In this document: positions 9,901-19,700 of the stretch, piece by piece | Numbering within the stretch: position 1 is the first letter of the stretch | How the letters are laid out: every line of letters begins with the position of its first letter | Virus record (IMG/VR): IMGVR_UViG_3300042346_000266 | Span: 1,917-65,916 of that record | Source of the DNA: a virus | Lineage: Duplodnaviria; Caudoviricetes | Reading direction: 5' to 3' (one strand) | Length of the DNA: 64,000 bases | Made by a program: the position numbers and the translations under genes | Notes under the pieces: model-generated | What the model was told of the DNA's origin: nothing | Database searches by the model: none | The model's input: only the letters and a program-made list of their open reading frames with translations

Positions 9901-12396
9901 TTTTATTTCTTCTAGTCTTTTTAATTCTGGAACAATTAGATCTTTATCTTTACTTTGTACCTCTTTTTCAATATTAGTTTTTTCTAGCATTAAATTTACA
10001 GCCTTTTCTTTGCTCTCTGCTGAAAATTTAGATGGTATTTTTAATCCAGAACTTCTTATAGTAGATAATGTTTCAATTTCTTTTTCTTTGTCTTCTAAAG
10101 TAATATCCCCAACTTTAAACCTTTCTTCTATATTATTTTTAGCGGCTTTAAAAAAGTTATCTATTTGTAGTCTGTTTGAAACCGTAGTATCACCTAAAAA
10201 ACTAGGCCTTGCCATGTCGAGCATAGATGCAGCTTTTATAGCGGAAGCTCTCAATTCAATTCCTGTTTGAGTAGCAACAGTTCCTGCAAAAGGAAAAACA
10301 GCACCTACAATACCTCCGGCTTTTGCATCTATAGCCATCTCGTTAAAGTTTACATATTTTCTGGCGTCCTGATCAAGTTGTAGCCCCATACTAACTTGGT
10401 CAATACCCTTTTGTAAACCTTCTGTTAAATACTCTCCTAATGCTGACGAGGCTATATTTTTGCCAGAACCAAGTATTGATTTACCAAAGTTTTTAATTTC
10501 ACCTCTAAATAGAGAGCCTAATACTTTATTTGCATCGTTGCCAAGACCTAATGCTTTACCCGTGTTTTTTAATACATTTAATTGAGAAGCATACTCAAGC
10601 CCAACGGAAATAGCTGAAAAAGCGGCGGCCTCTGCTCTATTAGCATATTTACCATTTCCAATTGCTTCTGCAATCTCTTTTTCAGATGGAGCTTTACCTA
10701 AGTCTTCCGATAACCCTTTCACAATGGTATCATAGTATTGAGACCCATATGTTTGAGTAAACATATTAGCCGTGCCTAATCCTATTAACAATGGATTACC
10801 AGTAACTGTTCCAGTTGCCGTAATTGCTAGATTCGGTGTTTGTTCAGCGACTAGTTGTAGTACATCATCTAATTGTATACCGTTTTTTAAATCTGCTTCA
10901 TTAAATAAACCTGTATACTCTTTTGTCTTTTCTATAGATTTAACTCTATCCCTAATTAAAGAGCTTGTTTTATCTAAATATTTTTTTACTCTATTTTTAG
11001 CTTCGCCGTATGTTTTAGGTACATCTTGTTCTTTAGGATCATATACATTTAATTCTTTAAGTTTCCATTCAGCGCTAAAGGATTTATCGATAGGAGCATT
11101 GTCAGGCTTGTCCTTAATGGTAGAATAAATATTATTAAGGGTTGCAATACTATTTTGATTCGATGATGCTAATGATTCCTTTACTCCTAATATTATATTT
11201 TGTGTGCCTTTTACCGCCCCTTCTTCTATAATAGCTCCTTTTTTAGCAATTGTACCTATCATTCCAGGAACACCGCCAACTTTTTCTAATTCACCGCCTA
11301 ATTCCTTTTGAATATCTATAGTACCCAAAATTACATCTTTACTTCTGCTGTATTCTTTATCCAGAATACTTGTTGCCTCCTCTTGAATGTTTGAAAAATT
11401 TTTATTTAACTCTTTAAAGCCGGAAGAATTTATTAGAAAGTTTGTTACTGTTTTTTCAAAATAATTTTTTAATTCTATATTTGCTTTATCTACAGACTCC
11501 TGAGTATTTAATGAATATTTTTTCTTTATTTCTGCTATTTTGCTATTTATTAATGGCCTTGCTTTAGCTAATGCATAATCTTGTTCAAATTTAAAGGATG
11601 GATCCTTAGATACAATATTTTTAACATTAAGTTCAATTGCTTTATTTAAGTCACTTTTTGTTTTAAATTTTTTAGGATCTATATCTTGCGTCACCATTTC
11701 TATAGCCTCTTGTTTTGGAGCATTATAAAAAGAATTAGTAGACTTATCGTATTTTTTCTCAATATAGCTTGGCTTTGCTACCATTTTAGAAACAAATAGT
11801 GCTCTTTCCTCTAGCGGATAATCTTTAAGAAACTCAAATTTACCAGAAGCATTCATAGCGTTCTTTGAGTCTTGAGCAAAAGATATTTGCTGGTCTCTTA
11901 TAGGTGTTTGATCATAATATGTTAATTTGCCTTCTTCTGCTTTTTCTTTGCTAGGAAATAAATCTTTTACATAGTCGACTAGATCGTCAAACATTGTAGG
12001 TTCCTCATAGCTTTTTGGCACCTGATAGCCTCTGGCATCAAGTTTGTATTCTATTCTTTCTGGCTTCTTTTTTGCTTTTGGTTCTTTTACTTCTGTAACC
12101 GCTTGCAGATTACCTAGAAAAGAACTTTTAATCTTATCTTCACCAAAAATATTATCTTGAGATACCGATGAAGGTTTTACCGATTTGGATGCCGTACTTT
12201 TTGGTTTCCCTGCTGTTACAGCACCCTTTTTTACAGCAGGCCTCGGCTTTCCCGGCGGTTCAATAGTAGTTTCATCTTCTATTCTTTTAATACCAAATTT
12301 ATTAATATATGTGTCAATATCGAGCCCTTTTTCTTGAGCTTTAGACAATACTTCTTCTTCTGAAAAATCAACTCCGTTATAATTGTATATAGGCAT
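3931..12396 (-). CDS. giant virion/ejection polyvalent protein (zincin HEFLH, sigma-2-like, PD-(D/E)xK, degenerate HAD segments)
   Basis: 2821 aa; last gene of the structural operon after two ejection-type genes; motifs read from the translation. Confidence 0.7.
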   Translation of the reverse strand: MPIYNYNGVDFSEEEVLSKAQEKGLDIDTYINKFGIKRIEDETTIEPPGKPRPAVKKGAVTAGKPKSTASKSVKPSSVSQDNIFGEDKIKSSFLGNLQAVTEVKEPKAKKKPERIEYKLDARGYQVPKSYEEPTMFDDLVDYVKDLFPSKEKAEEGKLTYYDQTPIRDQQISFAQDSKNAMNASGKFEFLKDYPLEERALFVSKMVAKPSYIEKKYDKSTNSFYNAPKQEAIEMVTQDIDPKKFKTKSDLNKAIELNVKNIVSKDPSFKFEQDYALAKARPLINSKIAEIKKKYSLNTQESVDKANIELKNYFEKTVTNFLINSSGFKELNKNFSNIQEEATSILDKEYSRSKDVILGTIDIQKELGGELEKVGGVPGMIGTIAKKGAIIEEGAVKGTQNIILGVKESLASSNQNSIATLNNIYSTIKDKPDNAPIDKSFSAEWKLKELNVYDPKEQDVPKTYGEAKNRVKKYLDKTSSLIRDRVKSIEKTKEYTGLFNEADLKNGIQLDDVLQLVAEQTPNLAITATGTVTGNPLLIGLGTANMFTQTYGSQYYDTIVKGLSEDLGKAPSEKEIAEAIGNGKYANRAEAAAFSAISVGLEYASQLNVLKNTGKALGLGNDANKVLGSLFRGEIKNFGKSILGSGKNIASSALGEYLTEGLQKGIDQVSMGLQLDQDARKYVNFNEMAIDAKAGGIVGAVFPFAGTVATQTGIELRASAIKAASMLDMARPSFLGDTTVSNRLQIDNFFKAAKNNIEERFKVGDITLEDKEKEIETLSTIRSSGLKIPSKFSAESKEKAVNLMLEKTNIEKEVQSKDKDLIVPELKRLEEIKSELRDISLREAISTDVELTKKMAEAIGITETTDIPDLKDSKAVYDYIKENADLEKLGLTERDIEDYSDSAGIFIPLKNGKEALIVNQEVAEMTGVVTTGQHEFLHKVIFNAVKNNTELQKKIGTELYNHIEKTLGTEVLGKTEFQKRYIGYKKDFEKAESKASTAIKNAKNNLDNGAITEDEYNKVISVSEKYLAKEEGKYLEEVLPLLSESLNNGDIKYNETFFTKIGDIVRRLLQRYGFKNISFETGEDVFNFVKDYNKTFKKGTGNKAFERLTKEGIYKKPASEITEETTKQDIKSSKAQVESLTKELQDLEDEYDEGYGDMEEAEYTAKKANIERKIKTAEKLIEKAPVKEEVVKKEKTKEEQEDDEENALKKIIREEKASISSDKVQKIYNEKGRNGADEIIKLFRPITNRIVDKRRDAPDFDRELLTDEIETGVGGILDLITKYKPESGVPLAAYINKYLPVRAIATSRRILGKEFSKDVTEEVGIMATETADQNMTARTVEKPKYKNALESKVFEPETLETINNKIITVIRTLKSRIDAPITLNRTVTPLIAEIRDEIGKQADIDVKTVMGGKKDDQLKNWLLKNKKYILENMTTTWLMGKDGQGGMPIAIQKRIDGKWTNFPEWVGKKIDRESVSTDNAGRTAGHELVRRLPNVANNISDADFLDQIIGPDGNPIRGRKESLAKVIAEEAAFDIVLDDLANEGPIFDALKTNQERKGVEVLETLSAEIARQAERGNVKQSKKVAREVLTVLSKNEWDLNNEDYKKFVSGLSKEDSEYVTNVLQEKSIKQLRKYLKVIDLENKEFDFKNKIISALEDPVEKVLSKINRFKLVSKVASTSTSKLTDLKIEYKKNTYNFELKLDKDSRLKGVVINNVTTNPTINKDTGINDVIAETLKNDPNIKAYTDYLLENGGEIVANGNIKVPIEVFKDPKARALQEKAKVRISANADLVKKLNGGTNDAITFGGVGTFSYGDTKFEGILPDLEGDVNFEITTQRGSMDKDKNVNVYFIGFPKMASNWDQKSPVDIHDKPKKLLTIIRKASLLKRNRISARAVKAVLNAARPSYVAKPKKISVIDIDERLAKIKKKVSYKDKEGKVKKLTIPEFLKQQMQLELDGIIFDYTDVKAEVAKNKDILDGFDNTDPESSFGVTIEPTESGNAIQVLLQNVGVNIPANNINTLDDNTDQAKADWVTSKFSEGFNDFNIAGDKFKNSKGVKTILEDFDVKGEKQQKKLAFFNSLDGQFNKIISQNTGIGPMITYSDIVAKRRGASKGIFDVYVPPSAADFELLLYKFLGKGKRGEEQYKFFREALLDPYSNGTDLLDAARQSIKNDYKALLKEYPFVKGELEKLIPNSEFTYDQAIRVAIWDANGVEIPGLTKKDQRMLSNFVNNDPDLTAFKNGLLITGKQGKDWIKPEANWDSSTIISDLHGLTEGNGRKKFLEEFIANYEEIFGKWEQGRLVGPNMNKVEALYGTDTREAIEDVLYRMTTGKNRSHGKDKGTNAWSNWVNNSTGNIMFLNIRSASLQLLGAVNFLNLRDNNPVAAGKAFANQKQYWEDFATIWNSDKMKERRGGLKEDVAASEIANAAAGSKNKASAVISWLLKKGYAPTQLADSFAIASGGAPFYRNRINSYLKEGLTKEEAEDKAWTDFTKVSDETQQSGDPRDISQQQASPAGRLLLTFQNTAMQQSRIVKKSFLDLKNGRGNAKTHVSKIIYYLAIQNIMFSALQQGLFAVIFGDDEEEEKYKEKDKKSKPKTTEDRAIDVANGVLDSILRGTGYYGAIVATLKNMAVKYLDEKAKDYKADYAKVVLEGLNISPPIGSKARKVYSALQQTKFEKDLIEKRGWDVMQDGRVHLGPMYSVTGKLIEAGIGAPADRLVNKIENVSQAMNSQHDAWQRVALLLGWNSISLGIEEPAGDIKIREEAKAFRKEAGKIKAKETRQRTKDSIRALPLKERIAIKRAAALKRREDAKKRREEKKKRKMG

Positions 12397-12414
12397 AGTT
12401 AATATAGTTTTTTA

Positions 12415-13944
12415 TTAAGGCAATTCAACTTTTTTATTAGATTTCTTTTTAGGTTTTACAGGTAAAAATGGTTTGTTACGTTTTCTATCATATACACCAA
12501 TACTAGCTGCTAATCCGTCTATACCTTGTCTAACTTGATCCGCACTTAAAGGGATTTGCATGTAGTCTCCAACAGATTTATCATATTGCCATAGTGTAGG
12601 TTTTCCGTTTTTAACTCTTAATTGTCTTTCTTGGGTTCCAAATAATGTCCCTTGCCCTCTAGCCATTACCCTATTTACGGCTTCAACAGCATAGTTATAA
12701 TTCTTTTGAGCCTCAGAAACTTTACCGCTGCCGCCGCGACCTCTGCCAGCAACAGTCAATTTAGGTTCTTTTTTAGGAGTGACAATAGCATCTCTATTTT
12801 CCCAATAAACTGTTACCTCATTGCCATTTTCATCTTTTTCTTTTGTTCTAGTTAAATTAGCAGTTACAGTTTCTAAAGTATTTTCTGTTAGCATATTTCT
12901 CAATGCTCTTTGTTGCGATTCCGGTGTTAATGGAGCTATATATTTATCAAAATATCCTCTATCTTTACCAAGTGTTACATCTACAAAAGCTCTTAATTCA
13001 GGAGTCTTACTACCGTTTATCCAACCCGTAGCTTCAATATCTGATTTTTCATTAATAGCAGTGGTTATTGCGGACATGTTCAATCTACGAACACCAACCA
13101 TTTCCATTTGCCTACCCTCGCTAGGAACATTTATTGTTTCTGGTATTGATGATAAATAACCGGGTCTTATATTATCTTTGTCAAAAAATGTTTCTTTAGC
13201 TTGCTTTATATTCTCATTTCTATCTGGAACTTTAATAAGGAAAGAATTATTAGACAATTTGTCCGATGTTAAATACTCATTTGAATTAAATGTATATTCA
13301 TTATAATCCGTTTCACCTTTTTTCTTCCATTTAGCCGTTACATTAAATCCACCATCACCATCATCTGTTATATTATAGCTAGAATCCTCATAGTCTTGCG
13401 TTCTTCCGCTAAGAACATTCATCGCTCCCATTTTCTTATCAACTGTATCACCTACTCCATTTATTACATATCCGCCTGGTTGACCGTATGTTCCAGCTGA
13501 ATCTCCGTACACAGCGATCTCTCCACCTAATGTTTTTACACTTTCAGCAGTACCATCTATATATTTATTAGCTAATGATATTTTGCTAAATAGTTCATCA
13601 CGCTTTGATTTATTTGTTTCTGATAGTAAAGCTACTTGAGCATCTGCTGCATCTTTAATTCTTTCGCTAACAATATTATAGATTTCTTTATCCGGAGTAA
13701 CACCTAATTTGTCTTGTTTTGCAGACCAATCATCTTTTTTGTCATTCCAAAGCAATTCTATTTTATTTCTTTCGTCACGTTCTCTTTTTAAAGCAGCTTC
13801 TCTTTCTTTTTTTATTTTATCTACATTAGCAGCATATGTTTGTATACCCCCGGCTATAGACGCAGCGGCCCTTTCAATACCAGCAGCAATTAATTCGCCA
13901 CTTTTAGCTCTTTCAATTATAGGTGGATTTTCGTAATATCCCAT
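12415..13944 (-). CDS. putative internal virion/ejection protein
   Basis: Position between small ejection protein and giant protein; helical charged N-terminus. Confidence 0.55.
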   Translation of the reverse strand: MGYYENPPIIERAKSGELIAAGIERAAASIAGGIQTYAANVDKIKKEREAALKRERDERNKIELLWNDKKDDWSAKQDKLGVTPDKEIYNIVSERIKDAADAQVALLSETNKSKRDELFSKISLANKYIDGTAESVKTLGGEIAVYGDSAGTYGQPGGYVINGVGDTVDKKMGAMNVLSGRTQDYEDSSYNITDDGDGGFNVTAKWKKKGETDYNEYTFNSNEYLTSDKLSNNSFLIKVPDRNENIKQAKETFFDKDNIRPGYLSSIPETINVPSEGRQMEMVGVRRLNMSAITTAINEKSDIEATGWINGSKTPELRAFVDVTLGKDRGYFDKYIAPLTPESQQRALRNMLTENTLETVTANLTRTKEKDENGNEVTVYWENRDAIVTPKKEPKLTVAGRGRGGSGKVSEAQKNYNYAVEAVNRVMARGQGTLFGTQERQLRVKNGKPTLWQYDKSVGDYMQIPLSADQVRQGIDGLAASIGVYDRKRNKPFLPVKPKKKSNKKVELP

Positions 13945-13972
13945 TATATTTTTGTTTTAATATTGATTTATT

Positions 13973-14740
13973 TTATCCAGCTGCACCAGCAATACCTGTA
14001 CCGCTTCCAGAACCCATTGATCCGATCGCTGCTCCTGCTAAACTACCAACAGCCCCAATAGCCGATCCATATAAAGCACTTTGTGATTGTAATGCAGATT
14101 GTCTATTCTGTTGCGCTTGGGCCTGCAGACCAGCTAATCTATTTAACTTAGCTATATCTCTATTTTCTTGTTCCCCATACTGGAACTTAATACCTTCAGC
14201 TTCTGCAGCTTGTAATCTTTGAGCCTCACTCATCTGAATATTTTGTAATCTTTGAGCTTCAGCCATCTTCATTTGTTCCATTTGCTGAATACCTTGAGCT
14301 CTTAATTTTTCATTAGCAGCCTCTTGTTGTTCTATGCTAGCTGATACGCCTTTCTTACTTTGTAAAGCCGCTTGAGCTAAAGCAGTAGCTCCTCCAGCGC
14401 TTGCCCCTGTAGATCTCAAAGTGTCCAATGTGTTTGCTAATGCCATGTCAGCCTCCTCAGCTTGCATTTTAGCAGCCTGTACAGATACACCAAGATTAGC
14501 GAATGGATTACTTACCATTCCACTTAAATCTTTAGCCATACCGCTTATGTCCTTTAAATTTGCGTAAGGGTTTGGTATTGCCTGCCTATTTTTTTCTAAT
14601 GCTGCTATTTCAGCTGCCTTCCTATCTGCTTCATTTTTATAACCTTTAGCATTTTGTTTTTCTTGGTGAGCCCCTATTAATGATCCTCCTACGGATAATA
14701 ATGCCGCTCCCCCTGCTATCGCTGCTGTTACTGCACCCAT
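13973..14740 (-). CDS. putative DNA ejection/pilot protein
   Basis: Gly/Ala-rich hydrophobic termini and Gln/Ala-rich coiled coil typical of podovirus ejection proteins. Confidence 0.65.
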   Translation of the reverse strand: MGAVTAAIAGGAALLSVGGSLIGAHQEKQNAKGYKNEADRKAAEIAALEKNRQAIPNPYANLKDISGMAKDLSGMVSNPFANLGVSVQAAKMQAEEADMALANTLDTLRSTGASAGGATALAQAALQSKKGVSASIEQQEAANEKLRAQGIQQMEQMKMAEAQRLQNIQMSEAQRLQAAEAEGIKFQYGEQENRDIAKLNRLAGLQAQAQQNRQSALQSQSALYGSAIGAVGSLAGAAIGSMGSGSGTGIAGAAG

Positions 14741-14741
14741 A

Positions 14742-15149
14742 TTATATTATTTTTTTTGATATTTCATATGATGGATTTTTGTCTATTGTATATCCTAATC
14801 CATTATGTATATCTATTAAACTTTTATTCCTTGTTATACTTATTATTGTATTACACCCTTCGCTCTTAGCTACAGCCTCTAACCCATCTATTAACAACGC
14901 TAAAGAATCTTTTCTATCGTATTCTCTATAATTTGGGTTAGAAACAATCCAATCTAACCATGCCGCTTTAGAATTTGTTAAATATAAAAACCCAGCAGCA
15001 ATAAGAGTGTCACCTTTATAAACCATTAATCCGCCGGTACCATCCATTGGCAATACGTCTTTACTTAATTCAGGCCATCTCCACCATTTCCACCAAGATA
15101 ATAGAATATCCCAGTCAGACTCTTTTAATGCTCTTAAACTTAATTCCAT
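14742..15149 (-). CDS. GNAT-fold acetyltransferase-like protein
   Basis: IVSNPNYR...LLI...AK..G...GY pattern; usual position between tail and ejection genes. Confidence 0.6.
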   Translation of the reverse strand: MELSLRALKESDWDILLSWWKWWRWPELSKDVLPMDGTGGLMVYKGDTLIAAGFLYLTNSKAAWLDWIVSNPNYREYDRKDSLALLIDGLEAVAKSEGCNTIISITRNKSLIDIHNGLGYTIDKNPSYEISKKII

Positions 15150-15160
15150 TTAATTTAATT

Positions 15161-16753
15161 TTAATAATAAGAATGCGCGTAATTTATTGATACCGCAAAT
15201 AATTCTGCCGGATTTGTTTGTGATCTAGAATTGGCATTTGAATAAGGATCTGGGAATTCTAACGTAGCTGTAATATAGTATCCTTTTATTCCAGATATTG
15301 AATTACCAAAAACTACTTCGCCTTGCCCTGACGATGTGTCATTTATTATGGTTCCATAATATTTATTTTCTTTGTTTTTAAATGATGTAGCAAACAATTG
15401 ATTTTGCAAATCACTCAAATTGGTTGGTAATACAAAAGAACTTATACTCAATGCTTTATCAGAATTAGTATAAAGATTAGTTAAAGCCCAACCAGGACTT
15501 CCCTCATAGTTTATAGTATTAAAACTTTTAGACTCAGAAACATTTGGATTTAAAACTAAAGTTACTTTTGAACTATATTGCACGCCATAAAAATTACAAT
15601 ATCCTACTTGAGTAGTAGGGGCATAATGTTGCCATATATTACCATTTTTAAATGTAAAATATTTTTCTCTTAAACTTCCCCCGAACTCAGGTTTAAAAGA
15701 ATAAAGACTGGTCCAGCCATTTATATCTTCATCAAAAGATATTGTTTGGAATTGGTCGGAATCATTTCTACCTCCGGTATTTAAAGGTGGTTGCATTGAC
15801 ACAACATATAACTTGTTGTGCATATCCCATGACCCTATAACTTTACCGTCTTGACCAACATTTGATAATTTATCTCTAAAATAGTCAATCATACCATTTG
15901 CTGATATTTCAGTAATACCATCTTGAGATAGTCTTAATACAGCGTTCTGATTTCTATCTGTAAAGTATTTTCGATAACCAAAGACAGCAAAACTTTCAGG
16001 GTTAGTACTTATACCGTAGTTACCAGCGTAAGATTGTATCTGACCTATTACTTGCGTTCCAGACGTAGTCATTGGTTGACCTTCTGCTGAGTATATCGCG
16101 TCTTTATCTATCAATGCTCTACTAACCTTTCTTTCTTGAAATATGATAAGGTTAGTATCTTCTGCATATAGTTTTTGTATAGATCCTTGAGAAGGTTCAA
16201 CGCTTCTAACTATGTCTTCACCTATTGAAAACTGATTGGTATTATTCACGCCAGTTCTAGAATTAAATATTCCAGAGTATATCATAGAATTACTTCTATA
16301 TTGCTGGCTATTTATATCTTCGACTATGTAAGCTTTAACACCAAAGTCAACCGATGTGTTATTGTAACCCCCGCGTATTCTAGCTTCTTCAATATACCAG
16401 TCACTTTCAGGCGTAGAATTATAAGTCTCAGGTACATATGAAAAATCTTTTATTGCACCAAATTTTATTATTGTGCCTTCTGGTATTTCCTCTGTTATTT
16501 CATTCGACACTATTATATTAGGGGAACCACTGTTGCCAATAAATATAGTATTAGTAAAAATATTACTGCCTATGCTATAACTTATTTCTTGCCCAACACC
16601 TACATTCAATAAATCTTGTGCAAAAATTATAAGCGTATCCCCAGCCTCTACCAAAGTAGATGTTTTACTTTCAGACGGTAATACATCTACAACAGTGTCT
16701 AATTTTTTTAACCAGAATGTATTAAAATATTTTAATTCTATAGTTGCTGCCAT
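15161..16753 (-). CDS. tail tubular/stabilization (nozzle-like) protein
   Basis: GSIQKL, YGISTNPESF, YFTD, WTS.YSF.PE motifs of crAss-like stabilization proteins. Confidence 0.7.
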   Translation of the reverse strand: MAATIELKYFNTFWLKKLDTVVDVLPSESKTSTLVEAGDTLIIFAQDLLNVGVGQEISYSIGSNIFTNTIFIGNSGSPNIIVSNEITEEIPEGTIIKFGAIKDFSYVPETYNSTPESDWYIEEARIRGGYNNTSVDFGVKAYIVEDINSQQYRSNSMIYSGIFNSRTGVNNTNQFSIGEDIVRSVEPSQGSIQKLYAEDTNLIIFQERKVSRALIDKDAIYSAEGQPMTTSGTQVIGQIQSYAGNYGISTNPESFAVFGYRKYFTDRNQNAVLRLSQDGITEISANGMIDYFRDKLSNVGQDGKVIGSWDMHNKLYVVSMQPPLNTGGRNDSDQFQTISFDEDINGWTSLYSFKPEFGGSLREKYFTFKNGNIWQHYAPTTQVGYCNFYGVQYSSKVTLVLNPNVSESKSFNTINYEGSPGWALTNLYTNSDKALSISSFVLPTNLSDLQNQLFATSFKNKENKYYGTIINDTSSGQGEVVFGNSISGIKGYYITATLEFPDPYSNANSRSQTNPAELFAVSINYAHSYY

Positions 16754-16761
16754 ATTTAATA

Positions 16762-16786
16762 ATTACTCATTTATTTTGGTTTTTAG
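16762..16786 (-). promoter_or_regulatory. candidate late-type promoter
   Basis: CTAAAA-N9-AATGAGTAAT upstream of the 16753 gene; divergent copy of the motif. Confidence 0.4.
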
Positions 16787-19700
16787 ATAGACCTTAATTG
16801 TGTTAAATTACCTCTTAAGTATTCATTATTCTCTATTTCACCTATTTTAGGAACTAATATATAACTAGACGGTGGGGTAGTCAGAAATATAACTTTACTC
16901 AACTCAAGTGTTGTTTGATTTATTATAGCTGTAACTAAAGCAGCCTTCCCGTCACTTATATTGTATACCACGTCACCAACTTGGACACCTTCTAACACAA
17001 ATCTAGCTAATGGATCTACTATTCTTCTAGGATTAGGTAAACTTTGAGCGGTCGCTTGCCCTTCCAACCTAATTCTTTGATTATAAGCCCACGCCGTTTC
17101 TGCAGCTATAATAGGACCGATTGACAATGTACTCGAATTAAGCAAACCGCTAAAGAAAGGCCTATTGGTAATTAATGGCATTATAGTTATATAATTTAAA
17201 ACCGGTGGTAAAAATGGACTTGGTAAAGAACTTGGAGGTAAAGTGCTCCATGTTATAGGACCATCGTTTATAGTGTTATTATATGTTCTATCCGAATTTC
17301 TAAATACTACACCGCCTCCATTTTGATTAACATAAGGAACCCATGGATTAGTAAGAGATTCATTAGAATAAAACTGTGTTATATTCATTCCATTATTAGA
17401 AGAAGCCCATACGTTTCCAACTTCTCCAAGTCCAGAATCTGGCCTTGAGAATATAGTTATTTTAGTATTATTAGGAATAGCTACTAATGTATTGCTGCTT
17501 ATTGTTATAACTTTAGTAGTTGTATTAATATTTGTAATCTGTGTATTCTCAGCAAAATATGGATCGTCAACCCAATTAGCATATCCAGCCGTTCCTATAA
17601 AAACCCCTGGGACTATTGGACCTAACATAGATTCCAAAACATCATCTGTTTGACTTGGTAAAGATACAAGTTCTATTTGATTAGATGTTGAGTCCTGATC
17701 AGTAGCGGTTAACTGATAAACATAATCAAAACCAACTGTTCTGTCTGAATTTATTCTGCTATAAGGATAATCTGCACCTGGTGCAACTAAAGCTAATTCA
17801 TATTTTGGCGGATTAACTTCATAAACATTAACATCTCTTGTTTGTACTTTGCCATAAAAATCAACGGTGCCACAATAAAGGTTATTTGGAAAAGATCTAG
17901 TAAAAGTTAAAATTGTATCTTGACCTATAGCATAATTTGATAAAGAAGTTGCGTAACTGAGTCTCATTTGGTAAGCATTGAAACTTACATCCCAGGTGAG
18001 GCTTAATACAGTAGCGGTGCGAGGTTGTCCTCCGGTATCAACATAGTTAACTGTATCCCCTACCACTGGTGCTGGGAATCTACCTCTAACAAAAACATTG
18101 AATCTAGCATCGTTTGCAAATTGAGGAACAGTTAGGTTAAACTTATATTGGTTAACATCCCTTCTATATGTATATTTTAAAACCAAACAATATTGACCCG
18201 GGGTAGAAGTAGTGAAAGAAGTTTGCTTATAAACTTCATTCAAACTATTAAGGGGTATTCTAGCAACTCTATAGTAAGTATTAGCTGGTATTGCTACAAT
18301 AAAACTGGTTGATTCTAAAGAAACAATACAAGAATCATCTGTTATAACTACAGACTCAATTCTGCGCATTCCATTTACACCAAGATCAATAAAGTCATCA
18401 ACCTTTGGTCTTGGTTGATCAGATGGCAAATTAAATATAACTTGATTTCCGCCTACAGGGCTACTATTACTCGTTTTTAACCAAGTAAAATGATAAAGTG
18501 ACATTTCTAAATCAACTACGGAGGACCATTCCGGGTTATTAATATTTATTGATGACGGAAACCCATTGTCATTTTTTACAGGTACCCAAGTATCATTAAT
18601 AGTTGGTTTATAATATAATATATATTCTAAATTACCTTGTCTTTGGGTGCTTATATATCCTGATTTATCTGTATTTGATGTTAATAGATTACTTAGTGGA
18701 TACAAATTTTTACCATAATTAGTTAAAACCCACTCTAATGAACCCTGCGTTAAGCCAATAGGCCTTGCTCCTCCGCCATTTACAATACTAGGATTTACAT
18801 AATTTTGGAAAAATCTATTTGGGGCTGGAGGGGTTGTTTGCGTTATATCTGGCAGCCTACTATTGAAACCATCGACCAAAGATAAATCTTCTGCCCCAAT
18901 ATGGTAAACAGCATAACCCTGACCTATTACATCGGAACCTGAACAAGCGGCATTATTATCCCACACAAATGGCTCTGGAGTTTCATATACAAGTACGTCA
19001 TTTACTCTTGGAGCAACAACAGTAACAGTAATATTAATTTCGTCCTGCAAAGAACCAAAATACGGCGTACCGCCTCCGTTTAAAGGCAATCCACCTGAAA
19101 GCGCGTCTTTTATTCTAACTGTTAAATCATAAGAACCTAAAGGTATAGACTGATTTATAAGAAATAAATCACCTGTTGAACTGTTTAATTGGAAATATGT
19201 CTCATTACCATCAGTCAACTCCCACTCCATACCTATACTATTCTCTAGAAAAGATCCATTACTAGCGTCTATATTCACTATCAATTGTGATACAAAAGGT
19301 CCTGGCGTAACAGATATTTCAGTATTATAATTATCATTTAAGAATATAGGTTGGTTATTTCTAAGTCTACCCGTAACAGGAAATGTAATAAATTCTCCAG
19401 CTTCCCATTGAAGTTTAATTAAGAAAGTATAACTACCTGACGTAGGAGCGTTATGATCAAATGTAAATGGTTCTTTTATAAACAGTCTTATTGTATTTGG
19501 ATCTAATGGAGTTTCTAAACTAACTCCAAATTTAGAGGTTAAATCAATAGCTGGTGAAGAATTATCAAAAACAGACACTAATATTGGATCGCCAATGAAT
19601 GTTAAAGGTAATCCAGTATTGCCTAAAAGCGTAAATGTATTTGTTATCCATTTAGAATCTGGTTCTCCTTCTTCCTCGTTAGTTCCTTCTGGATCTTGAT

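Noticed and set aside
3931-12396. crAss-type virion RNA polymerase
   Set aside because: No DxDGD-type catalytic motif visible in the translation; a very divergent enzyme cannot be fully excluded without a structure search
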